A DNA stretch of 64,000 bases, from NCBI GenBank assembly GCA_041690395.1, contig JAWLHJ010000001.1:512001-576000 (forward strand). The letters are read 5' to 3'. The notes below the pieces were generated by a model. The model was not told where the DNA came from and searched no databases. It saw only the letters and a list, made by a program, of their open reading frames with translations. This document shows, in pieces, positions 30,026 through 39,808 of the stretch. Position 1 is the first letter of the stretch, and each line of letters opens with the position of its first letter. The DNA is from Longimicrobiales bacterium. Lineage in GTDB: Bacteria > Gemmatimonadota > Gemmatimonadetes > Longimicrobiales > Gaopeijiaceae. The translations under genes were made by a program, and so were the position numbers.

Positions 30026-30526
30026 ATGTCCGACGGCATCATCGACATTCGCCAGTATCTTCAGGCGGACGAGGACGACCCCGGCGCGTTTGCGCTCTGG
30101 GGCGGTGAGGGGGAGCGATCGCGCTTCGCCCTGCCGCTCTGGCGGATCATCTATCTGGCGGGCGGCGACCGCGGCGGCATCGTGAGCGCGCCCGATGCCC
30201 GGAGCCGCCGGCATGCCCGCGCGACCATAGGCCTCGAGCCGCTCGTCGTGCTGGATCTCCGCCGGGATCCCGCTCGGACCGACTTCGACGCGTTGGCCGT
30301 TCCGGCCCTCGAGGTCGAGGAAAGCCCGAAGCTCGTGGATCTCGCGGCGAACGGGCTGGTGGTCGCCCTCGGCGACAGCCTGGGAAGGAGCTGGTTCGTC
30401 ATCGTCGACGGGGTCGCCGACCGGACCGAGCCGCTGGGGTCCGACGTGAAGGAGGACGTGCTCTTCCTGTGCGGCGAGTGCGCGGGGCTGCTCTTCTTCA
30501 GGGACCTCGCGCACCTCCAGGAGTAG
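30026..30526 (+). CDS. Conserved hypothetical protein
   Basis: 166 aa, typical GC3 bias, fills the gap between neighbouring genes. Confidence 0.7.
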   Translation: MSDGIIDIRQYLQADEDDPGAFALWGGEGERSRFALPLWRIIYLAGGDRGGIVSAPDARSRRHARATIGLEPLVVLDLRRDPARTDFDALAVPALEVEESPKLVDLAANGLVVALGDSLGRSWFVIVDGVADRTEPLGSDVKEDVLFLCGECAGLLFFRDLAHLQE

Positions 30527-30533
30527 GCGGGGG

Positions 30534-31199
30534 CTACTCCTTCCCCATCCTCCGCTTCAGCTCGGCGAGGGCTGCGTCCACGTCGGGCGGATCGACGGCC
30601 CTGTCGTCCAGCTCCACGTGGAAGTCGGAGCCCCCGTCGAGATCCAGGTCGTCGAGGGCCTCGGCCGCGTCCGCTTCGCGCTGAGTTCCTTCGATCTTCT
30701 CGGCCATCCGGTCGAGCTCCGAAAACAGGTCGTCCGCCTCTCCGATGCTGTCGCGGGCGGACGCACGCCCGGCCTGGGCGGTGAGCCCTTCCCTCTGGGT
30801 GCGGGCCTCCTTCAGCCGGGCCATCATGTCCTCGGCGTCCTTGCGCCGGAACGCGAGCTCCTCGTCGAGCGCCGCGACCTTCTGCTCGAGGAGCTCGTGC
30901 CGCTTCCGGTGTCGCTCGCCGTACTGCGCGGCCAGGTCGGCCGTCTCGGTGTCTTCGATGCGCCGGGCCATCTCTTCCCGGCGCCGACATGCCTCGGCCT
31001 GCTCGGCCTCGTGCGCGGCCTCTTTCCTGGCCCGGTCGATCTGGGACTCCAGGTCGGACACCAGCGCCCGGGTATCCACCAACTCCCGCTGCATTCCCTT
31101 CAGCAGCGCGTCGACGGTCTCCGGGACCTGGTCCCGATGGAGCTCGCGGTTGAAGTTCTCGACGGCCTGGCGAAACGCGGCCCGGAGGTCCTCGAACAT
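30534..31199 (-). CDS. PspA/IM30-like coiled-coil protein
   Basis: All-helical coiled coil, FSELDRMAEKIE..READA and C-terminal VDAALAELKRRM typical of PspA. Start 31199 or 31208. Confidence 0.72.
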   Translation of the reverse strand: MFEDLRAAFRQAVENFNRELHRDQVPETVDALLKGMQRELVDTRALVSDLESQIDRARKEAAHEAEQAEACRRREEMARRIEDTETADLAAQYGERHRKRHELLEQKVAALDEELAFRRKDAEDMMARLKEARTQREGLTAQAGRASARDSIGEADDLFSELDRMAEKIEGTQREADAAEALDDLDLDGGSDFHVELDDRAVDPPDVDAALAELKRRMGKE

Positions 31200-31254
31200 G
31201 TTCACCACGTTCCTGGGTGTGAGTGACCGTCGCGCGGCCGCGCCCGTTCGCGGC

Positions 31255-31884
31255 TCAGTTCAGGAACGGCTCGATGCGCTGCGCGAACGAGTTGCGGGCC
31301 CGGTGCAGCCGGCTCTTGACCGTGCCGAGGTTCACGCCCGTGATCTCGGCGATCTCCTCGTAGCTCTTGCCTTCGAGCTCGCGAAGTCGGAAGACCAGGC
31401 GATGATGCTCGGGCAGCTCCTTGACCATCTCCTCGACGAGGCTCCGGAGATAGCGCTTCCGGTAGAGGTCGTCGGGCCGCATCGAGTAATCCTCGAACTG
31501 GAGCGGACGGTGGTCGTCGTCCCAGTTGCTCGTCAGCCGCTGGAAGAGCACCAGGGGGCTGCGGGAGCGGTTGCGGAGCTCGTTCTTCGACAGGTTGCTG
31601 GCGATCGTGTAGACCCAGGTCGAGAACTTCTTCGACGTATCGAAGCGATGCAGATGGCGCGTGACCCGGATGAATGCCTCCTGCACCAGGTCCTGGGCGC
31701 GGTCGGAATCGCCGGTCTTGCGCGTGACGAAATGGATCAGGCGATCGCGGTAGCGATCGTACAGCTCCTGGAACGCTCCGGGGCGCCCGGTGAGGTGCGC
31801 GCTAACGAGCTGCTCGTCCGTCAGCTCCTCGAGAGGGGTCTCCCCGAGAAACCGCGCGAGCTCGTCCGGATTGGCGTTGACCAT
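31255..31884 (-). CDS. ECF RNA polymerase sigma factor (RpoE-like)
   Basis: AFQELYDRY, AQDLVQEAF, FSTWVYTIA.N, LEGKSYEEIAE, GTVKSRLHRAR; ATG 31884. Confidence 0.92.
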   Translation of the reverse strand: MVNANPDELARFLGETPLEELTDEQLVSAHLTGRPGAFQELYDRYRDRLIHFVTRKTGDSDRAQDLVQEAFIRVTRHLHRFDTSKKFSTWVYTIASNLSKNELRNRSRSPLVLFQRLTSNWDDDHRPLQFEDYSMRPDDLYRKRYLRSLVEEMVKELPEHHRLVFRLRELEGKSYEEIAEITGVNLGTVKSRLHRARNSFAQRIEPFLN

Positions 31885-31984
31885 ATGAATCGTCGTGAAA
31901 CGGGACGTTTCACGCGTTGAAGGCACGTCAGGCGTGCCCGTAAAATGCCCGAAACCGCGCCCCGATTCAAGCCTGAAACGAGAG

Positions 31985-33103
31985 TCAGACCGGGCGGCGC
32001 TCCAGCCCCAGGAGCACGCCGCCCTCCGAGAAGCCGTCGTAGAGGGCCTGTTCCGGGGGCGGGATGCGATCGCGGGAGGCCAGGGCGTCGTCCGCGGCCT
32101 CGTCCATTTCGCGGGTGACCTCGGCCTCGATCTCGGTGAGCGTGTCGTCGTCGACACCCCGGCTCCGGAGGTACGACTCGAACATCCCGACGGGGTCGCG
32201 GCGGCCCCAGTGCTCGAAGAGCTCGGCCGGGAACGTGTCACGCGCCTCGCGCTCGTCGTGGGTCGCGTGCCCGCCCATCCGGAACGTGTCGACCACGATC
32301 GCGGCCGGCCCCTTGCCGACGCGGCAGCGCGCGACGGCGAGCCGGGTGGCCGCGTACACGTCGAGCACATTGTTTCCGTCGCACGACCAGGCTTCGATGC
32401 CATACATCGCCGGCCACGCGTGCAGGTCGCCGGCGCTGTGCTCCTCGAGTCGGGTGCCGAGCGCCACCTGGTTGTTCTGGATGACGAAGATCGCCGGGAG
32501 ATCGAGAACCGCCGCGAGGTTGAGCCCCTCGTGGCAGGCCGCCGTCTTGGTGGCGCCGTCGCCGACCCAGGTCATGGCAACGCGCGTCTCACCCCGGGTC
32601 TTGAACGCCATCGCGACTCCGGCGACCACGTCGACGCTCGTGCCCATATGGCTGATCGGCTGGATGACGCCCTTGGAGAGATCGCCGATATGGAGATCGC
32701 GTCCCCGGCTCGGGGAGTCCGATGTGGCCAGATACCCCCGGAACATGTCGGCGAGCGACATCCCCATCATGTGCAGGGCCCCGGCGTTCCGGATCATCGG
32801 GCTGACCATGTCGCGCTCCGGGTCGAGCGCGCGGACCGTGCCCACGGTCACCGCTTCCTCGCCGGTGCCGAGCCATGCCTTCGAGATCACGCCCGTGCGC
32901 ACCCAGCGCTTCAGCCCGATGTCGTGCAGGCGCGTGCGCAGGAGGTCCCGGTACAGCGAGAGGAGATCGGCCTCGGCGAGGCTCTCGACGATCTCGCGCC
33001 GGTCGGCGTCGCGCTCGATGGTCTCGACGTACTCCCGGAGCAGATCCGGGCTCGGAGCCCACTCGAGGTACTCGGGCGGGTCGAAGGCGGGATAACGTTT
33101 CAT
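31985..33103 (-). CDS. TPP-dependent 2-oxoacid dehydrogenase E1 alpha subunit
   Basis: GEEAV, GDGAT...HEGLNLAAV..LP.IFVIQNN TPP motif, DGNNVLDV, FRMGGHATHD. Confidence 0.9.
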   Translation of the reverse strand: MKRYPAFDPPEYLEWAPSPDLLREYVETIERDADRREIVESLAEADLLSLYRDLLRTRLHDIGLKRWVRTGVISKAWLGTGEEAVTVGTVRALDPERDMVSPMIRNAGALHMMGMSLADMFRGYLATSDSPSRGRDLHIGDLSKGVIQPISHMGTSVDVVAGVAMAFKTRGETRVAMTWVGDGATKTAACHEGLNLAAVLDLPAIFVIQNNQVALGTRLEEHSAGDLHAWPAMYGIEAWSCDGNNVLDVYAATRLAVARCRVGKGPAAIVVDTFRMGGHATHDEREARDTFPAELFEHWGRRDPVGMFESYLRSRGVDDDTLTEIEAEVTREMDEAADDALASRDRIPPPEQALYDGFSEGGVLLGLERRPV

Positions 33104-33142
33104 GCGGCCAAGATAAGCAACGGCCAACACAAACAAAAAAAA

Positions 33143-33223
33143 GGCGGGGGAGCCGCAAGGCCCGGGCTGTAACACCCACCCCCCCTAGGGTGGCTGCCCG
33201 CAACGCTTACGTCTCGCCCCGCC
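33143..33223 (-). ncRNA. Structured ncRNA, Acido-Lenti-1-like long hairpin followed by U8
   Basis: Minus strand: GGCGGGGCGAGACGTAAG pairs with CTTGCGGCTCCCCCGCC, inner CGGGC/GCCCG, apical CCACCC/GGGTGG; T8 follows (A-run 33135-33142). Family assignment is from memory of the motif, not from a search. Confidence 0.6.
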
Positions 33224-33392
33224 GCGGCGTTCGCCGCTCACGTGCCGCACGTCGTATATACCTGTCGAGGGGGCGGTCGTCACGCTCAAATCGGTACGTT
33301 ACGAAAACTCGTCCCCAACGCGCGTTGCACGGGCCCGCCCCTCCGCCGACATTAACGGCCCGTGCTCCCTCAACCCTTCCAGCGGTGCGCCG

Positions 33393-34019
33393 GTGTCCAA
33401 CCCCCCCACGAGTCAGGTGCCCGCGAACGGTCAGCGTCGGCGGATCCACGCGTCGGTGGCCCTCAGACTCCTCGAGGCGCTCCGCGACCGTGATCTGCCC
33501 GCCGAGCTGCTCGAGGACGAGGACCCGAGCCAGACCATGCCGCGGCGCTTCGGGCTGAGCGATGTCGTCGAGCGGCAGATCCGCGCCTTCCAGGAGGACG
33601 CGCGCAAGGGGGCCCGCCTCACCGACGACGAGGTTCGCGATCTCTTCCGCTTCGTGAACCGTCGCCCGGACGGGCGTGAGGTGTTCGAGCACATCGGCCG
33701 CTCTCTGGCGGGTGGAAACGGCTCTCCAGGCTTGGCTCGCCTCCTTCCTGCCGCCGTGCGCTACGCGATCGCCCGGTCACGGGTGCGCAAGCGGCTGAAG
33801 CGTCTGTTCGGGCGGCCCGTCGGCGGATTCGCCCGTGGCCGGTTCATCATCGAAGGTCGTTCCCTGCTCTTCATCGAGAGCGATCCCGGAGGCGACGCCT
33901 GCCACCTGCTGGTCGGCTTCTGCGAGGCCGTTCTCGAACAGGTGTCGGGGGAGACCGTCCCGGTCCGGCACTCGCTCTGTCAGGCCCATGGCCAGGCGTT
34001 GTGTCGTTGGGAGGTCTAG
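33393..34019 (+). CDS. Hypothetical protein with V4R-like C-terminal domain
   Basis: C-terminal ACHLLVGFCEAVL...HSLCQAHGQALCRWEV Cys pattern of V4R/BchJ-like domains. Confidence 0.65.
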   Translation: MSNPPTSQVPANGQRRRIHASVALRLLEALRDRDLPAELLEDEDPSQTMPRRFGLSDVVERQIRAFQEDARKGARLTDDEVRDLFRFVNRRPDGREVFEHIGRSLAGGNGSPGLARLLPAAVRYAIARSRVRKRLKRLFGRPVGGFARGRFIIEGRSLLFIESDPGGDACHLLVGFCEAVLEQVSGETVPVRHSLCQAHGQALCRWEV

Positions 34020-34125
34020 CGACCCGCTCCTAGCAGGTCTCGAAACCCGAGCCGCCACGCGGTGTAGCCGTCGAGCGTCGTGCCGTCCGCCGCCCCCTCC
34101 CCTTCGTCAGACGAGAGCTGCGCAC

Positions 34126-34590
34126 ATGGTCGAGCAGGGATCCCGAGCCCCCGAATTCACGCTTCCCAACGATCAGGGGGGCGACGTGTCCCTGTCCGAT
34201 CTCCGGGGGCGCAACGTCGTGCTGTACTTCTATCCCAAGGACGACACGCCGGGCTGCACCGTGCAGGCGTGCGACTTTCGTGATAAGCTCCCGGACTTCG
34301 ACGGCCTCGACGCCGTCGTTCTGGGCGTGTCCGCCGACTCCATCGAATCGCACCGGGCGTTCCGCGAGAAGCACGGGCTGAACTTCCCCCTTCTCTCGGA
34401 CGAGAGTCACGAGATGCTCGAAGCCTACGGGGTGTGGAAGTCGCATCCCGTGTACGGGATGACGATCGAGCGGAGCACGTTCCTGATCGACGGCAACGGG
34501 ACCGTGCGAGGAGCGTGGCGGGGTGTGGATCCGAAGGGGCATGCGGACATGCTCAAGGATGTTCTGGACGAGATGAATTCTTCAGCCTGA
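34126..34590 (+). CDS. bcp: Peroxiredoxin BCP
   Basis: APEFTL, VVLYFYPKDDTPGCTVQACDFRD, ERSTFLID. Confidence 0.92.
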   Translation: MVEQGSRAPEFTLPNDQGGDVSLSDLRGRNVVLYFYPKDDTPGCTVQACDFRDKLPDFDGLDAVVLGVSADSIESHRAFREKHGLNFPLLSDESHEMLEAYGVWKSHPVYGMTIERSTFLIDGNGTVRGAWRGVDPKGHADMLKDVLDEMNSSA

Positions 34591-34599
34591 CGGGGCGTC

Positions 34600-35445
34600 A
34601 TGGAAATCGTGATCGGGTTGGTGGTGGGCTTCGCAGTCGGCTTCGCTGTAGCCGCCGCTGGGAGGGGATCCCTGCGTGAGAAGGAGCGCGAGGCCGCGCG
34701 GGCGGAGATGGAGCGAGAGCTCTCTGCGCTCGTCGACGCGGTCTCCACGGGTCGCCTGCCGGACGGAAGGTCGGCGACGGGTGTCGCGGGCAAGCTCGTC
34801 ACAGCGCTGGAGCACGGTTGGACGCCGCGGGACGAGGAGCGACGTGCTGCGTTGGCCGACGCAGTCGGGCGTGTCAGCCGCTTCCTGCATCGTCAGGTGA
34901 GGGAGCCTCTCGCCGAGGCCGACGACCGCGCGAACGCAGAGGAGCTTCGGGAGCGGATCGAGCTGGCGCTGGGCGCGCTCGAGGACGTGGACTTCTTCCT
35001 GGCGGAAGCCGGCGAGGAGCCCCGCGGGACCGATCTGGTTCCGCTCGTCCAGCAGGTGTCGCGCGAGTTCGCCGCGGATCACGAAGTGACGGTCCGTCTC
35101 CAGCTGGGCGCGTCGTCGATCCGCGCGTCCGTCGCGCGTGAAGCCCTGATGGACGCCCTCTACCTCGTCCTCCACAACGCCGCCCGGTTCGGCGGCGGAG
35201 CGACGATCGATCTGACGGTCGCCCAGGAAGGAGCGACGCCTTCGATCCGGGTCCGTGACCGTGGGAAGGGCTTCTCGGAAGATGCGTTCAAGCGCGCCTT
35301 CGATCCGTTCTACTCGGAGACGGACGATGGGCTCGGGCTGGGGCTGCCGCACGCCCGCAAGTCCGTCGAGGCGATGGGAGGATCGATCACGCTCCGGAAC
35401 GTCCCGGACGGCGGCGCCGAGGTGGAGATCGGGCTACCCGCCTGA
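34600..35445 (+). CDS. Membrane-anchored histidine-kinase-like ATPase (HATPase_c)
   Basis: N-terminal TM; N box LHNAARF, G1 DRGKG, F box FDPFY, G2 GLGLGL. Confidence 0.8.
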   Translation: MEIVIGLVVGFAVGFAVAAAGRGSLREKEREAARAEMERELSALVDAVSTGRLPDGRSATGVAGKLVTALEHGWTPRDEERRAALADAVGRVSRFLHRQVREPLAEADDRANAEELRERIELALGALEDVDFFLAEAGEEPRGTDLVPLVQQVSREFAADHEVTVRLQLGASSIRASVAREALMDALYLVLHNAARFGGGATIDLTVAQEGATPSIRVRDRGKGFSEDAFKRAFDPFYSETDDGLGLGLPHARKSVEAMGGSITLRNVPDGGAEVEIGLPA

Positions 35446-36378
35446 CCCGGCAGGTCGCCGAACCCGGTCGGCGCCCACGCCAGCCACGCCCACCACGACC
35501 AGGGCTACGCCGACCCAGCCGACCGGGGAGAGTCCCTGGGCCAGCAGGGCCGTCGCGAGCAGCGCGGCCACGACCGGCTCGGCCGCCGAGGTGATGGCCG
35601 CGCGCCCCGCTTCGATCCTGCCGAGCGCATCGAAGAAGAGGAACTGGGCGCCGGCGACCGTCAGTAGCGCGAAGACGGCCAGGAGCGCCCACGCCGCGCC
35701 GGACGGCGGTAGGACCAGCCCGTCGGAGAACATGGGCAAGGTCACGGAGAGCCAGGCGCACGAGCCGACCGCCGTGTAGAGCACCGTGGCCCGGGACCCG
35801 AACCGGGGCGTCGCGTATCGCCCGAACAGCGTATAGCCCGCGTACGCCAGGCCGGCCAGCACCCCCCACACGACGCCCACGCCGCCGAACGCGGGCGTGA
35901 CCTCGTCGGCGCCGAGCACGGTCATCCAGACGCCGATCAGCGTGAGGCCCGCGAGCATCACGCGTCGCCCGCTGGGCCACTCTCCGAGCAGGGGGCCGGA
36001 CACCGCCACGACAACCGCGGGCGCGACGTACACCAGCGCCACCGTCGACGGTACGCCCACGGCGTCGATGGACATCTGGTATGCGAGCTGGAAGAGGCCG
36101 ACGACGGCGCCGCCACCGAGCCCGAGCACGGCGAGTCCCCGTCCGTCCAGACGAAGGGAGCTCGGCCCGCGGGTCGCGAGGAAGAGTCCCGCCAGCATGA
36201 CGGCTCCCAGCGCCGGACGGAGGAGCGCGAGGCTCTGGGGCGGCACGCCGAGGTCGAACAGGAAAACGCTGAAGATACCCGACGAGCCCCACAGCACCGC
36301 GGCGGTCAGCGCTTCCAGGTAACCGACGCTACGCGGATCGACTACGCGGCCTCGGGACGTGTTGGATCCCGGCGTCAC
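35434..36378 (-). CDS. EamA/DMT family transporter
   Basis: About 10 TM helices, AVLWGSSG, AYAGYTL, AEPVVAALLA. Confidence 0.88.
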   Translation of the reverse strand: MTPGSNTSRGRVVDPRSVGYLEALTAAVLWGSSGIFSVFLFDLGVPPQSLALLRPALGAVMLAGLFLATRGPSSLRLDGRGLAVLGLGGGAVVGLFQLAYQMSIDAVGVPSTVALVYVAPAVVVAVSGPLLGEWPSGRRVMLAGLTLIGVWMTVLGADEVTPAFGGVGVVWGVLAGLAYAGYTLFGRYATPRFGSRATVLYTAVGSCAWLSVTLPMFSDGLVLPPSGAAWALLAVFALLTVAGAQFLFFDALGRIEAGRAAITSAAEPVVAALLATALLAQGLSPVGWVGVALVVVGVAGVGADRVRRPAGSGG

Positions 36379-36812
36379 ACGTACCCGTAGACCTGGTACA
36401 GCAGGAGGTAGACGACCAGCCCCGTCACCGAGACGTAGGCCCAGATCGGGAAGGTCCAGCGGGCCAGGCGCGCGTGCTCGGTGAAGCGCTCGTTGTGCGC
36501 GAGGTAGAGCAGGCGGAGCACCAGCGGCACCACGACCACGGCGAGCACCATGTGCGTGAAGAGGATGCCCAGGTAGGCCACCCGGGCCGCGCCGACCCCG
36601 GCGAACTCGTGCGTGCCCGTGAGGAACACCCGGGTCACGTAGAAGACCAAGAAGAGCGCCGATGCGCCGACCGCGGTGAGCATGGCCCGCCGGTGGCGCT
36701 CCCGGTCCTTCCGGCGGATGAAGTAGAGACCCGTGAAGAGCGCGAGAGCGCTCGTCGCGTTGAGGGTCGCGTTCACCGCGGCGAGTGTGTCCCCGAGCTG
36801 GCTCAGCTCCAT
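36375..36812 (-). CDS. DUF420 membrane protein
   Basis: ATG 36812; NATLN, HRRAM, FLVFY, ILFTH..LA, H..LARWTFPIW.YVSVTG. Confidence 0.88.
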   Translation of the reverse strand: MELSQLGDTLAAVNATLNATSALALFTGLYFIRRKDRERHRRAMLTAVGASALFLVFYVTRVFLTGTHEFAGVGAARVAYLGILFTHMVLAVVVVPLVLRLLYLAHNERFTEHARLARWTFPIWAYVSVTGLVVYLLLYQVYGYV

Positions 36813-37759
36813 GCCGCCGTGGCGCGCTCGCTGGGCTGAGCGGGTGTCGGAACCTGGGCGGCCGACGTGGTCACGTGCACGAGCACCACGAGCAGGGAAG
36901 CCGCGACCAGTGTGTGCACGGAGACCGGAGCCACGGCCAAGACGGTGAGCACGGACGCGAAGCCGAGCAGCACCTGCGCCACGACGAGCCACGCGGCCAC
37001 GGTGGTCCAGCGGCGGATCCGCTTCGGGACCCCCGCGCGGACGGCCCACACGGCCAGGGCGACGATGGCCGCGGCCGTGACGATGCCCAGGGCCCGGTGC
37101 AGGAAATGGCTCGTGATCAACGGGTTCACGAGCGGTGGAACCACCTGGCCCAGACAGAGCGGGGCGTCCGGGCAGGACATCCCGGCGTCGAGGTGACGCA
37201 CCAGCCCTCCCAGCACCGACTGCGCGAAGACCAGTCCGGCCGTGACGCCCGCGAAGCGCCGGAGCCGGGAGGCCGTACGCTCGGGCATCGAGACGCCTTT
37301 CGGCCGCCACGCGCTCGACGAGGCCAGGACGGTGGCCAGCGACACGAAGATGAAGGCCAGCGAGAGATGCGTGGTCGAGACCGCGGTCGGCAGCTGGTAG
37401 ATGACCGTGATGCCGCCGAAGACCGACTGAAGCAGGAGCAGCCCGAGGCCGGCCAGGCAGGCGCGGAACATCCACGGGCGGTCCGTGACCTCCTTGCGGG
37501 TCAGCCATGTGGCCAGGGCGAACATCAGGACCAACCCGCCGGCCACGAGGCGGTGCAGGTGCTCCCAGAACACGCCGCCCGTCATCTCGGGAACCATGCT
37601 CCCGAAGCAGGTGGGCCAGTCGGGGCAGGCCAGGCTCGACTCGGTCGCGTGCACGACGCTCCCGAGGAAGAGGAGCCCGAGCGTCCAGAATACCGTGACC
37701 ACGAACGCCCTGGGGTGGAGCTCGCGCTCGGCTCCCTGTCGTGTCTCCATCTCGCTCAT
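36803..37759 (-). CDS. ctaA: Heme A synthase, COX15/CtaA family
   Basis: LACPDWPTC, WEHLHRLVA, TTHLSLA, SCPDAPLC, HFLHR, VSVH. Start 37759 or 37750. Confidence 0.85.
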   Translation of the reverse strand: MSEMETRQGAERELHPRAFVVTVFWTLGLLFLGSVVHATESSLACPDWPTCFGSMVPEMTGGVFWEHLHRLVAGGLVLMFALATWLTRKEVTDRPWMFRACLAGLGLLLLQSVFGGITVIYQLPTAVSTTHLSLAFIFVSLATVLASSSAWRPKGVSMPERTASRLRRFAGVTAGLVFAQSVLGGLVRHLDAGMSCPDAPLCLGQVVPPLVNPLITSHFLHRALGIVTAAAIVALAVWAVRAGVPKRIRRWTTVAAWLVVAQVLLGFASVLTVLAVAPVSVHTLVAASLLVVLVHVTTSAAQVPTPAQPSERATAAWS

Positions 37760-37779
37760 CTCGTTAGTCAGCTCGCTCG

Positions 37780-39717
37780 TCAGCTCACGGCTCCCGCCGG
37801 CTCGCGCGGGCGGGAAGGCTCGGGAATGTCGGCCGGCCCGTTCGCGACCTTCTGCCGGTAGATCTCGGCCGACACGACGCCCTTCTCGAGCCACTCGAAC
37901 TCACCGTCCAGGAAGCGGCGCGCCACCGAGTAGCCCTTCGAATCGTCGTTGTCGAAGAGGGTACGGAAGCGGTCCTTGATGCGGCGTCGGGCGCCGCGGC
38001 AGTACAGGTCCGCGAGGGCGTTGGCGCCCGGCGCGTCGACGCCTTTCTCCACGAGCCAGTGTGCGCGGACCACGACGGCGGTCATCACCATGAGCTCCGC
38101 GCCAACGTCGACGATCCGTCCGAGCACCGACTGCCTCTTCTCGAGCGCGGGCCCGAAGCGCACCATGGCGTGGAACGTCGAGCGGGCCAGCTTGCGGGCC
38201 GTGCGCTCCACGAAGCGGAGGTGCGTCGCGAGCGGTCCGAACTGGCTGTAGCGTGGCCAGGCGCTCCATCCCAGGAAGCGGGTCGGATACCACCATGCGT
38301 AGTGGAAGCCGGCGCGCACGGCGGCTTTCATCTTGGCGCCCAGGGACGCGCGCGGGTCCACGAGATCGCCGGCGACCCGGAGATGCGTGTCCACGGCCTC
38401 ACGCGCGATGAAAAGGCGCATGATCTCCGAGGATCCCTCGAAGATCGTGTTGATGCGCATGTCCCGCAGATAACGCTCGATCGGGTACGGGACCTCTCCA
38501 CGAGCCGCGAGCGAATCGTGCGTCTCGTAGCCCCGACCACCCCGGACCTGGAGCGCGTCGTTGATCAGGTCCCAGCCGAGCTCCGTGCCCCACATCTTGG
38601 CGATCGCCGCCTCGAGCCGGATGTCGAACTTGTCCGAGTCGGCCATGAGCGCGGTGAGCTCGACCACCGCCTCGAGGGCGAAGGTGTCCGCCGCCATCTT
38701 CGCGAGCATCTGCGCGATGGCGTCGTGCTGGCCCACGGGACGTCCCCACTGGACCCTGGAGCCCGCCCAGTCACGTGACATCTCGAGGGCGCCCTTCCCG
38801 GCGGCGGCGCAGAACGCCGGCAGCGCCAGGCGTCCGACGTTGAGGGTGATCAGGGCCAGCTTCAGCCCCTTGCCCTCGCCCCAGACGACGTTTTCCCGGG
38901 GGACCTTCACGTCGGTGAAGCGAATGATGCCGTTCGAGAGGCCCCGGAGTCCCATGAAGTGGCACTCACGGACGGTCTCGACGCCTTCCCACTCGGTCTC
39001 GACGACGAAGGCCGTGATCGGCTTCTTCTTGGAGCCCTCGGGCGCGGGGGTGCGGGCCATCACGATGATGATCTCCGCCCGGGGCCCGTTGGTGGTCCAG
39101 AGCTTCTCGCCGTTGAGGATCCAGTGGCTGCCGTCGTCGGAGAGCTCGGCCGTGGTCGCCATGTTGGCGGGGTCGGAGCCGACGTCGGGCTCGGTCAGGG
39201 CGAAGGCCGACAGCGCACCCTTCGCGAGCCTCGGGAGGTAGCGCTTCTTCTGCTCCTCGGTTCCGAACTTCTGGATCGGGCCCGGCACGCCGATGCTCTG
39301 GTGCGCCGAAAGGAAGGCACCCGTCGCGCCGCACCGGGAGGCCACGATCTCGAGCGCCCGGTTGTAGGTCAGCTGGGAGAAGCCGAGCCCGCCGTACTCC
39401 TCGGAGATCTTGATGCCGAACGCGCCCATCTCCGCGAGCCCGTCGAGCACCTCCTGCGGAACCCAACCGTCGCGGTCGTGCGCATCACCGTCGATGTGGT
39501 CACGGGCGAACGCCTCGAGTCGCTCCAGGAACCCGGCGGCGCGTGCCTGCTCGTCCGGATCGGGCTCGGGATGGGGATGGACGAGGCCCAGATCGAAGCG
39601 TCCCTCGAAGAGCGCCCGCGCGAAGCTCTTCTTCTCCCAGTCCTGTTCTCTCGCGCCTTCCGCGACTTCCCTGGACTCGAGCTCCGACGCCAGCTTGTTC
39701 TGTTCGGACATAGCCAT
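37780..39717 (-). CDS. Acyl-CoA dehydrogenase (long, FadE/ACADVL-like)
   Basis: EYGGLG, AHQSIG, AFALTEPDVGSD, NGEKLWTTN, GGRGY, RDMRINTIFEGSSEI. Confidence 0.93.
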   Translation of the reverse strand: MAMSEQNKLASELESREVAEGAREQDWEKKSFARALFEGRFDLGLVHPHPEPDPDEQARAAGFLERLEAFARDHIDGDAHDRDGWVPQEVLDGLAEMGAFGIKISEEYGGLGFSQLTYNRALEIVASRCGATGAFLSAHQSIGVPGPIQKFGTEEQKKRYLPRLAKGALSAFALTEPDVGSDPANMATTAELSDDGSHWILNGEKLWTTNGPRAEIIIVMARTPAPEGSKKKPITAFVVETEWEGVETVRECHFMGLRGLSNGIIRFTDVKVPRENVVWGEGKGLKLALITLNVGRLALPAFCAAAGKGALEMSRDWAGSRVQWGRPVGQHDAIAQMLAKMAADTFALEAVVELTALMADSDKFDIRLEAAIAKMWGTELGWDLINDALQVRGGRGYETHDSLAARGEVPYPIERYLRDMRINTIFEGSSEIMRLFIAREAVDTHLRVAGDLVDPRASLGAKMKAAVRAGFHYAWWYPTRFLGWSAWPRYSQFGPLATHLRFVERTARKLARSTFHAMVRFGPALEKRQSVLGRIVDVGAELMVMTAVVVRAHWLVEKGVDAPGANALADLYCRGARRRIKDRFRTLFDNDDSKGYSVARRFLDGEFEWLEKGVVSAEIYRQKVANGPADIPEPSRPREPAGAVS

Positions 39718-39808
39718 CTCCTCCGCTCGGACGGGCCCGCTCCACAAGCGCCGGCCCATGCCGGAAATCTAACAAAAGGGATGGCTTTGGGGGCCTCCCG
39801 GGAACCGA

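Noticed and set aside
33143..33223. SRP RNA, tRNA-Sec or 6S RNA
   Set aside because: No GNRA-capped SRP helix 8 motif, no cloverleaf or TTC arm, and too short for 6S.
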